64,000 bases of DNA from a virus. Lineage: Duplodnaviria; Caudoviricetes. Each line of letters starts with the position of its first letter. Positions within the stretch are counted from its first letter, which is position 1. The notes beneath the pieces are model-generated. The model had not been told where the DNA came from. It worked only from the letters and a program-made list of their open reading frames with translations, and did no database searches. This document shows, piece after piece, positions 56,656 through 64,000 of the stretch. The position numbers and the translations under genes are program-made. The stretch spans positions 9,693 through 73,692 of the IMG/VR virus record IMGVR_UViG_3300009873_000007. One strand, 5' to 3'.

Positions 56656-56943
56656 TCAATCAATTGTAATCTGCTCCACAAACTTTCTCAGGACTTCCAC
56701 ACGCACCGTGTCAAGGTTTGGGATGGCGTCACGTTTGATACGTGTGTTGTCGCTTTCCCAGTAGCGAGCCTCAAGCCGATCCCACTTCGCTGTTACTCGC
56801 CAGTTATGGCGCTTGGTTGGTTTGTTTTCGTGCCGGTAGTGATCTAGAACAAGTTGGAACGTATCGTTACGAAACCAGTATTGATAAAAAACCTTGTTCA
56901 ACCCGTCTTCTGAAATGACCTCGTGATTGATTGGCCCACTCAT
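56656..56943 (-). CDS. Hypothetical protein
   Basis: GGAGGTG RBS. Confidence 0.6.
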   Translation of the reverse strand: MSGPINHEVISEDGLNKVFYQYWFRNDTFQLVLDHYRHENKPTKRHNWRVTAKWDRLEARYWESDNTRIKRDAIPNLDTVRVEVLRKFVEQITID

Positions 56944-57194
56944 CTCGTCACCTCCACACACTCCGCTCTGACCATCGCCTCATGTCGTTCGTGCCTCGCC
57001 ATCCATCCATCGATAAACGCATCAGACGCACCTGGTGGTATCGTCTGACCGTCATGGCGGGCGTACCAGCCGGCACGGTAGCTGGCGGCATTGCGGTGCT
57101 TCAATTGCTCGGCTTGTTCCGCCTGTAGCGCATGACTGCGGTCTATGGCATCGAACATCATCGTTACTTGTTTGGCTGTTAGTTCTCTGATCAT
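56940..57194 (-). CDS. Hypothetical protein (YRAGW...F.DGW motif)
   Basis: GAGGAG RBS. Confidence 0.6.
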   Translation of the reverse strand: MIRELTAKQVTMMFDAIDRSHALQAEQAEQLKHRNAASYRAGWYARHDGQTIPPGASDAFIDGWMARHERHEAMVRAECVEVTR

Positions 57195-57469
57195 TGTTGC
57201 TCCTCAATAATGTAATATTCTTCGCCTTCGCCACAACTGCCACTTATGCGGCTAGTTGGGCCAAATTCGGTATAGAAACAGACAAACGCTCTACCGTGGT
57301 ACTCGCTGACCCTCTGGGCGTGGATTTCCACAACCTGACGGGATTCACCGTAGCGGGCGTTCGGCAATGCTTTACCGTTGCGAGTGTCCAGCGTGTGGCG
57401 TACTCTATCGCCAACTTTCAGGTTCAAGACTTGTTCTCGTGTCATGTCGATTTCCTCACTTACTCTCAC
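57191..57469 (-). CDS. Hypothetical SH3-like protein
   Basis: LKVGDRVRH motif. Confidence 0.55.
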   Translation of the reverse strand: MRVSEEIDMTREQVLNLKVGDRVRHTLDTRNGKALPNARYGESRQVVEIHAQRVSEYHGRAFVCFYTEFGPTSRISGSCGEGEEYYIIEEQQ

Positions 57470-57671
57470 TCAACCATACCCACGGCTGACCCATTGACCG
57501 GTGCAACACCTGGCCCAGCCGCTTGGCTGTCGGCTTCCGGCTTAACGGCTTGATACCATGTAACGAAGCGATAGCACCATAGCCGCTCAGTAGATTCGCT
57601 ACATCCTGGCGGATACAATCATCGGCGGACAAAACGATCAGTGTCATCGTGCGGATGTATTTGATCGTCAC
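57456..57671 (-). CDS. Hypothetical protein
   Basis: 71-aa ORF co-oriented in operon. Confidence 0.4.
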   Translation of the reverse strand: MTIKYIRTMTLIVLSADDCIRQDVANLLSGYGAIASLHGIKPLSRKPTAKRLGQVLHRSMGQPWVWLSESK

Positions 57672-57776
57672 CTAGTAGTATCGCTCGTTCATCGTGCTTC
57701 CCTCCTCATTCACACCGGCTTTGCACCGGCAAAGCCTCATTGCTGAGGCTTCATCGGTTATAGCGCCGATTGCACT

Positions 57777-57968
57777 TTACAGCAGATTGAACCGCTCAAG
57801 CTCTTTGAAAATAAGAAAGCCAATGTCGTTATCTTCAAATTCCTCATACTCTAAATTAAAATGATCCTGAACGGCTTCTTCTAATGCGGTCAAATTGATT
57901 TCGCCGCAATCGTCTCGGTATTCTCCGCTGACGCTAACCGCATATCGGATAATTTGTTTAGTGTTCAT
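57777..57968 (-). CDS. Small acidic protein
   Basis: GAGGAG RBS. Confidence 0.6.
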   Translation of the reverse strand: MNTKQIIRYAVSVSGEYRDDCGEINLTALEEAVQDHFNLEYEEFEDNDIGFLIFKELERFNLL

Positions 57969-58018
57969 CGTGATTCTCTCCTCATTGCGGCCTTAGTCAC
58001 CTCAGCCGCACTCATCAG

Positions 58019-58219
58019 TTACGCAAACATCCCTGCCAAGTCATCGGGATCAATCCCCATCGTCGCCGCCCAGTCGCCCATCTCGCTCTTGAGTTCCTGC
58101 GCCCGTTGCTCTCGCTTGGCTTTGAACTCATCCACACGGGCGGCTGTCGTGATTGCGAATTGCCCGTTAGATTCCCGTCCGATTTGACCACGTTCATTGC
58201 GGATTGTATACTTGCTCAT
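58019..58219 (-). CDS. Hypothetical protein (MSKYTIRNERGQ...)
   Basis: GAAGAAAGG RBS. Confidence 0.55.
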   Translation of the reverse strand: MSKYTIRNERGQIGRESNGQFAITTAARVDEFKAKREQRAQELKSEMGDWAATMGIDPDDLAGMFA

Positions 58220-58299
58220 AGTGGAAACCTTTCTTCCATTCATGCCTCGGCAGTGAGTTGAGCACTGGCCGGGGTTTCTTTTTACTTGCGATTGACTAA

Positions 58300-58455
58300 C
58301 TACACTGCGTACTCGTAACCTTGCGCTACCAACTTTTCGGCCTGCGCTGGCGTGACTACCCAAAACTTACCATCATCGCCCAGTACAATCATCATCATCT
58401 TTTCACAGCGATTGCGGAAGCTGTCGGCTAAGGTGTAGGTGCTGAATTTGTACAT
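58300..58455 (-). CDS. 51-aa protein, first gene after strong promoter (not in ORF track)
   Basis: MYKFSTYTLADSFRNRCEKMMMIVLGDDGKFWVVTPAQAEKLVAQGYEYAV; GAGGAA RBS. Confidence 0.65.
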   Translation of the reverse strand: MYKFSTYTLADSFRNRCEKMMMIVLGDDGKFWVVTPAQAEKLVAQGYEYAV

Positions 58456-58497
58456 CTCTCGTTCCTCTCACTTCGGTTGATTGCTGTCTGTGGCTAT

Positions 58498-58527
58498 AGT
58501 ATAGCATGTATTCAATACACTTGTCAA
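58498..58527 (-). promoter_or_regulatory. Strong sigma70 promoter with internal palindrome
   Basis: TTGACA-18 nt-TATACT, extended TG; TGTATT-G-AATACA in spacer. Confidence 0.8.
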
Positions 58528-58576
58528 GTATCAAAACCTACGTTTCCCCTACGATATTTGACGAATTTTTGGCAAC

Positions 58577-58601
58577 AAAAAAGCCGGGGATTCCCCGGCT
58601 T
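58577..58601 (-). terminator. Intrinsic terminator
   Basis: AGCCGGGGA/TCCCCGGCT then TTTTT on minus. Confidence 0.75.
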
Positions 58602-58623
58602 GTCGCTGGCTGAAGATATAGGT

Positions 58624-59391
58624 TTACTCGCCTATTGCCACCACAGAATAGCTACCGACTTGCTCTCGATCTGGCCGGCCTTTCCAGACACTAACGTCAA
58701 CTTCAAACGGTGCGCTAAAGTTAGGTGCTATAAACTGTTGCACATGGCTGGAATCAGCGCCGATAACAGCACCAGCGTGATCGTACATTGTCAATATAAC
58801 CGCTACGTCTACTCGCTGGCTGCCGGTTTGGTTGCGCACCTCACCTCTCACATGGAAAGCGTCAGGATTATCAAAGAAATGTTCGTACTCTAGCACGGTC
58901 AGTGAATAGGCCGCTTGGGTATCTGTGTTCCAACTGGCCGCTAGTTCGTAAGTCGAGAACGCTGGTGCAAAGTCAAATACTACAACAAACGGCGACTTCA
59001 TCCCCGGTGGCAGTAGATCGATAATTACATAGCTGCGCCCACCATCCACAAGCCGCCCGTTGACATCTCGCAAAACGGCATCAATTACAGCGTTGCGTGC
59101 GTGCGTACTCGTGTTATTGATGACCTCGCCAACCACAAGCACAACATTTGAGCCATCAAAAGGCACAAAGGTATTTGTTCCGAGTATGGCGAGTGTGTTG
59201 GTTGGTATCGGTGTGGGCGTCAATGTGGGAGTAGGCAATGGGGTATTTGTAGGTGGTGGATCATTCCGCTCTATAATCGGTAGGTATGCCGGCAGTGGCG
59301 GCACGGTTTGACCTTTGCCAGCGGCAAACACGAGCGCAGCAAATACGACAATAAGCAGATAAATCATCGAAACAAAAAGTCTTATCGTCAC
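58624..59391 (-). CDS. Exported protein with two FxLYD-like domains
   Basis: Signal/TM N-terminus, YLPII, PT-rich linker, VVGEVINN and VRGEVRNQ repeats. Confidence 0.75.
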   Translation of the reverse strand: MTIRLFVSMIYLLIVVFAALVFAAGKGQTVPPLPAYLPIIERNDPPPTNTPLPTPTLTPTPIPTNTLAILGTNTFVPFDGSNVVLVVGEVINNTSTHARNAVIDAVLRDVNGRLVDGGRSYVIIDLLPPGMKSPFVVVFDFAPAFSTYELAASWNTDTQAAYSLTVLEYEHFFDNPDAFHVRGEVRNQTGSQRVDVAVILTMYDHAGAVIGADSSHVQQFIAPNFSAPFEVDVSVWKGRPDREQVGSYSVVAIGE

Positions 59392-59418
59392 AATGCCTCC
59401 TCATCAAAATTTTGGGTA

Positions 59419-59447
59419 TTGACAAATCTGCAAAAGTATTTTATACT
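59419..59447 (+). promoter_or_regulatory. sigma70 promoter
   Basis: TTGACA-17 nt-TATACT. Confidence 0.85.
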
Positions 59448-59492
59448 GATAAAAGTAAGTGATAGTCAATCCATTGAGAGGGGGTGAGGTAG

Positions 59493-59735
59493 TTGGAAAG
59501 CAAAAGCACGAAGCCTCGCAACAAAGGCATCTACGTTGGCGGATATGTCGAGAACGAACATATCGACAAAATTGCCGTGGTTGAACAAGAGTTTGACCGG
59601 CACTTTGGTGAAGTTGGTCGCAACCGAAGCCGTGCGCTTCGTTACATTGTGGAATGCTTCGATCCTGCATGGTTGAAAAACTTCCCAAAAAGCCCCGCCC
59701 CTGCGAGTGCAACGACTCAGGCGGGCAATAACTAA
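59493..59735 (+). CDS. Small RHH-like regulator
   Basis: NRSRALRYIVE helix; GGGGGTGAGG RBS; divergent promoter. Confidence 0.6.
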   Translation: MESKSTKPRNKGIYVGGYVENEHIDKIAVVEQEFDRHFGEVGRNRSRALRYIVECFDPAWLKNFPKSPAPASATTQAGNN

Positions 59736-60582
59736 ACCCATAGAGTATCGCAGGGGCAAACAAAAACCCCTGCGAACCGAAGCCCACAAGGGTTAATGCT
59801 TGTAGCATCACAATTGTAAGCAAATTGCAACAATTGCGAAGGAATTTACAGCAGAATCCGATTAACCTAATAACCAGATTTACTATAAATCGTGCTACAA
59901 TAGAATGTACTGACGATTTCCAGTCGTATTAGTTTCTCAGGCCGATCCGACAGGAAACCGTAAACCAAGAAACGGCTTGCGCCGTGGTGGTTTTATGTTA
60001 CTCCTCGCAGTGACCTCTAATGCCACCACTCAATCTATCCATCATCCTGGCCGCACGGCATTGCGCCAACTGACGCCGATGTGTAACCGGCGTGGGTGTG
60101 ACGAATATCACATCGACAATCAGGACTAGCGGCCATTATCGCAATCATTGTGTGACGTTCGACCGAGAGACTTATCAAATCAACCATACGCTGATATTGA
60201 GGCGTAGGGAACGGTTAGGGAACCTCTAGGCAAACGGTCGATTGCTCATAGGCCGTCAGCAATGGCGGCTAAACTGGCAACAACTGGCGTTTATCGATCA
60301 TCGCAGTCGATTGATAAGTGCAAGCGCCGGTTGATAGCATACGCCGGGCTAGGGTGAGTTGGTGACGATCATTCGGCTCCACAGGATGGAATGACCACAC
60401 CCTGGCACGGCGATAATCGATTGTATAAGGTGCGTGAAGCTGGCGCAATGGGTAATAAGTGCGAATCAGGTCATACAAAAATACTACAACTTTTGACGTA
60501 GATAACCACGATATTGTAACGGATTGTTCCGGTTGTAACAAGTAGGGATCACCCTACTTTGCATATGGAGATTACTTGACGG

Positions 60583-61068
60583 ATGGCTAAAGAAATCCTC
60601 TTAACCAAAGGTAAAGTTGCTATCGTTGATGATGCCGATTACGAGTATCTATCAAGATGGAAATGGCAGGTCTCTAAACAAGGATACGCCCGTCGCACTT
60701 ATTACAACAACGGCAAACGAACAAAACTCTTTATGCACCTTGCCATTCTTCAGCCACCTCCAGGTTTCATCATCGATCATATCAATGGTAACTCGCTGGA
60801 TAACCGCCGTGAAAACTTACGGCTTGCAACACCAAGCCAAAATAACGCTAATCGCCATCGGCCTAATCCTAAAATACATTCACAGTATAAAGGAGTAACG
60901 TTAGACACACGGCGACACCGATGGTATGCACAGATCAGCCATAATGACTGTGTAATTCATATCGGTACATTCACCAATGAACTCGAAGCCGCAAAAGCCT
61001 ACGATGCTAAAGCCAAAGAATTCTTTGGCGAGTTCGCTTACACGAATCTTGACGCTCAACTTTACTAG
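60583..61068 (+). CDS. HNH endonuclease with AP2 domain
   Basis: IDHINGNSLDNRRENLR; SQYKGV...WYAQI...AAKAYDAKA...FGEFA. Confidence 0.95.
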   Translation: MAKEILLTKGKVAIVDDADYEYLSRWKWQVSKQGYARRTYYNNGKRTKLFMHLAILQPPPGFIIDHINGNSLDNRRENLRLATPSQNNANRHRPNPKIHSQYKGVTLDTRRHRWYAQISHNDCVIHIGTFTNELEAAKAYDAKAKEFFGEFAYTNLDAQLY

Positions 61069-61206
61069 TAACTAACAGTTTCACTTCGCACTTTGACAAC
61101 CGAATAGCCTTAAATACTAAACATTACATTGATACCTGCGTGGATACTATCATGGAGTTGACAATTTGCTAATCATTCCGGCCAAGTTTACCACCGGCAT
61201 TCTATC

Positions 61207-62112
61207 TCATTCGATGTCTTGCCACAATTCATCGAACATGCCTTGTACCAAGTCAGGCGAGATTTTCAAGTACTTCTCGGTGGTGGCGATGTTTGCATGG
61301 CCCAAAAGTGCCTGAATCAGTCGAGTGCTTGCACCCATTTTCAACATCTCGACGGCGAACCCATGCCGGTATCCATGTGGTGGTATCCAGTCCAACGCAG
61401 CATTTTCCGCCCTGGTCTTCATCGTCTCATAAATCGCCTGTTTGGTGATTGGCCCTCGCACCGTACCTCGACTAGTGGCAGAAAAGAATAACCACGGCGC
61501 GGGCTTACCATCAGAGTCTAGCACCTGAGGTCTGTGGACGTGAAGCCACTGAAACAACGGTTGCACTAGCTCATGTGGAAATGGCTGGAAGCGCACTCTT
61601 GATCCTTTACCGAGCACCGCAAGCCGGCGGGCATTCATATCCACATCAACCACACGCAGGTTAGCGCACTCGCTGACACGTAAGCCGGTACAGGCAAGAA
61701 TGTGGATGATGAGTTTATCACGGTGGTCAATCCAGGTCACAAGCCGGATTTTCTCTAGCATGTGTTGAACGTATGACCGTGCGGCAATCGGCGGGATGTG
61801 TTCAGGGACTTTGGGACGCTTCAGATGAATCGTAGGGTCTTTAACAATCAATTCCACCTCGATACACCAGCGATAGAAACAAATCAACGTGGTAGCCGCC
61901 TGACGGGTTGTGGAAGCCGAATAACTCTTGCGCATGTGCGCCAGAAACATTTGTAGGTCGAGTAGCTTCGTAGTGGTGTAGGTGTGGCTGTTAGCGGCCA
62001 GCCAGTCACCATAATGCCTCAAGTGAAACTTGTACCATTTGATGGTTTTGATGGAGCAACCAAGCGCAACACGACTATCAAGGAACAGATCAAATACATC
62101 GCTGTCAGGCAT
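61207..62112 (-). CDS. Tyrosine recombinase/integrase
   Basis: TGLRVSE, GKG, HGYRH, LLGH, TTEKY catalytic motifs. Confidence 0.95.
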   Translation of the reverse strand: MPDSDVFDLFLDSRVALGCSIKTIKWYKFHLRHYGDWLAANSHTYTTTKLLDLQMFLAHMRKSYSASTTRQAATTLICFYRWCIEVELIVKDPTIHLKRPKVPEHIPPIAARSYVQHMLEKIRLVTWIDHRDKLIIHILACTGLRVSECANLRVVDVDMNARRLAVLGKGSRVRFQPFPHELVQPLFQWLHVHRPQVLDSDGKPAPWLFFSATSRGTVRGPITKQAIYETMKTRAENAALDWIPPHGYRHGFAVEMLKMGASTRLIQALLGHANIATTEKYLKISPDLVQGMFDELWQDIE

Positions 62113-62404
62113 GGGGAACTCCTGTCGGTTGTCTACAAATGGATATATCCATTGTAGCATGATTTATTTGATTGTGCGTGATGAGTTTGGCAGAGGTGAG
62201 AAATCCATTATAGCTGATGAGATGAACAAGATCGCTGACAGTTTTTTGAAGATTTTGTGAAGCGGGCGAGTTGGTTGGAAATAATGCAAGAAAAAAGTGA
62301 AACGCAAGGAAACCAAAGTTATCCTGCGTTTATTCTAACCGGTAAAGTGTAGTTTGTCAGGTCAAGATCAGTAGTAAATTAGGTCAGGGAAAGAGGATGG
62401 GTCA

Positions 62405-64000
62405 ATGGTCACATATGAGGAATTTATCGAATCTAAGCGCATCGTAGCGCAACCGAGTGGTTTTGATGTGCCAGTTGAGGCGATTAACCCGGTCTTGTTC
62501 CCGTTCCAGCGTGATATTGTGCGCTGGGCATTGCGCAAGGGGCGGGCGGCGATTTTCGCTGATACTGGTCTTGGGAAAACGCTTCAGCAATTGGAATGGG
62601 CGAGGCTCACCGGCCAAAACACACTCATCATTGCGCCGCTGTCAGTGGCTCGGCAGACCGTCAAGATCGGCAAAGAGAAACTTGGCATTGATGTTCATTA
62701 TGTGCGTAGTCAGGGTCAAGTTGGCGAGGATGGCATCTATATCACCAACTACGAAATGATTGAACATTTTGACCCGGCTTGTTTTGGTGCTGTGGTACTG
62801 GATGAATCGAGTATTTTGAAAGCACTGGACGGAAAGACCCGCCGGTTGCTGACCGAACGATTCGCCAACACACCATACCGGTTATGCTGCACAGCCACAC
62901 CAGCGCCGAATGATCGGTCGGAAATCGGCAACCATAGCGAGTTTCTCGGCATCACCAAAATGACTGACATGCTGGCAATGTTCTTCATTCACGCCAACAA
63001 GGAAACGTATAGCGAGTTCAACGGCGTCAAACTGCGCAAGAAACTTGGCAACGATAACGGTCAGGAGTGGCGGCTGAAACATCACTCAGAAAAAGCGTTC
63101 TATCGCTGGATGGCATCATGGTCAATGGCAGTACGTAAACCGTCTGACCTCGGCTATGACGATAGCGGCTTTGTTTTGCCACCATTGCACATCAACCCGG
63201 TGTGGATTCCTTACGATTACGTACCAGCGGATCAACTTGTCTTTACCGGTCTGAATGGCTTGGCCGGCCATCGTGCGGTGCGCAGAGAGACCACAGACAT
63301 TCGTTGTCAGAAAGCCGCTGACCTCGTGAATGCCAGCGACGAACAATGGATCGTGTGGGCCGGCCTGAATGACGAAAGCAAACTGTTGGCGAGTCTAATC
63401 CCCGATGCTGTGGAGGTCACTGGTAGTGATTCACCAGAGGATAAGGCAACAGCCATTGAAGCATTTCAGGACGGTAAGTACAGAGTGATGGTAACTAAAT
63501 GTCAAATTGGAGGGTTTGGTCTTAATCTGCAAAATGCCCACAATCAAGTGTTCGTCGGCTTGTCCTACTCCTGGGAGGAATGGTATCAGGCAATCCGCCG
63601 ATGCTATCGATTCGGCCAGAAACACGCTGTCAATATCTATGTGGTGCTGACCGAGTTGGAGCGTGAAGTATTCGACACCATTATGAGCAAAGAGGCTGTT
63701 GCTAAAGAAATGTCTGAACAGTTGATCCAACACGTTAGGAGCTACGAAATGGACGAACTGAACGCCAGTCAGGAGACCGTCACCGGTAAGAACTGGACGG
63801 CGATGCTTGGTGATAGCTGCCAGCGGTTACAGGAATTGCAAGACGAAAGCATTGATTTGTCGGTTTATTCTCCTCCGTTTGCCGATCTTTACACGTATTC
63901 AAACAGCGAGTACGACCTCGGCAATAGCCGCAATGCTGATGAGTTTTTCAACCATTACGCCTTTATCATCCGGCAATTGCTGCGAGTAACAAAACCTGGC
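62405..64000 (+). CDS. SF2 helicase fused to N4/N6 DNA methyltransferase (3' truncated; not in ORF track)
   Basis: LFPFQ..DTGLGKT, LDESS, TATPAPND, QAIRRCYRFGQ, then in-frame GDSC..SPPF..RVTKPG. Confidence 0.9.
   Translation, partial: MVTYEEFIESKRIVAQPSGFDVPVEAINPVLFPFQRDIVRWALRKGRAAIFADTGLGKTLQQLEWARLTGQNTLIIAPLSVARQTVKIGKEKLGIDVHYVRSQGQVGEDGIYITNYEMIEHFDPACFGAVVLDESSILKALDGKTRRLLTERFANTPYRLCCTATPAPNDRSEIGNHSEFLGITKMTDMLAMFFIHANKETYSEFNGVKLRKKLGNDNGQEWRLKHHSEKAFYRWMASWSMAVRKPSDLGYDDSGFVLPPLHINPVWIPYDYVPADQLVFTGLNGLAGHRAVRRETTDIRCQKAADLVNASDEQWIVWAGLNDESKLLASLIPDAVEVTGSDSPEDKATAIEAFQDGKYRVMVTKCQIGGFGLNLQNAHNQVFVGLSYSWEEWYQAIRRCYRFGQKHAVNIYVVLTELEREVFDTIMSKEAVAKEMSEQLIQHVRSYEMDELNASQETVTGKNWTAMLGDSCQRLQELQDESIDLSVYSPPFADLYTYSNSEYDLGNSRNADEFFNHYAFIIRQLLRVTKPG

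Noticed and set aside
53180-57760. Scattered intergenic hairpins (about 53185, 55347, 56385, 57715) as one repeat family
   Set aside because: No shared sequence; likely ordinary stabilising or terminator stems
59740-60582. Short ORFs and hairpins between the regulator and HNH-AP2
   Set aside because: No ORF with a credible RBS or motif; only a terminator-like TCGCAGGGG/CCCCTGCGA stem
1-64000. Host genes, rRNA, IS elements, group I/II introns
   Set aside because: None recognised; HNH genes are free-standing and do not interrupt reading frames

Overview
The whole window reads as one temperate, long-tailed (siphovirus-like) dsDNA phage genome of about 54% GC, with no recognisable host chromosomal genes. 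The SSB and beta-clamp style, YLPII/WMPVV motifs and a Csx15 homologue point to a Chloroflexota host (inference). Layout: (1) 1-8.2 kb (+), replication: SSB, ParB-like, DnaD-type initiator, DnaB-like helicase, RusA, DnaN clamp. (2) 8.3-43.4 kb (+), late operon with an unusual order: a membrane pair, a LamG/repeat fibre, methyltransferase and glycosyltransferase precede the terminase; a beta-helix fibre cassette sits between the frameshifted tail chaperone and the tape measure. (3) 43.5-59.4 kb (-), about 35 small early/accessory genes in promoter-terminator modules. (4) 59.5-64 kb, regulator, HNH-AP2, integrase and a helicase-methyltransferase fusion running off the end. Most notable: a phage-encoded Csx15-like protein (candidate anti-type III CRISPR), a 131-nt tRNA-like RNA whose variable arm is replaced by two loop-complementary hairpins, three covarying copies of an antiterminator-like hairpin overlapping late terminators, a second structured RNA, and a membrane/nuclease operon with a shared C-terminal domain. 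Family calls are from motif recognition by eye; no searches were run.
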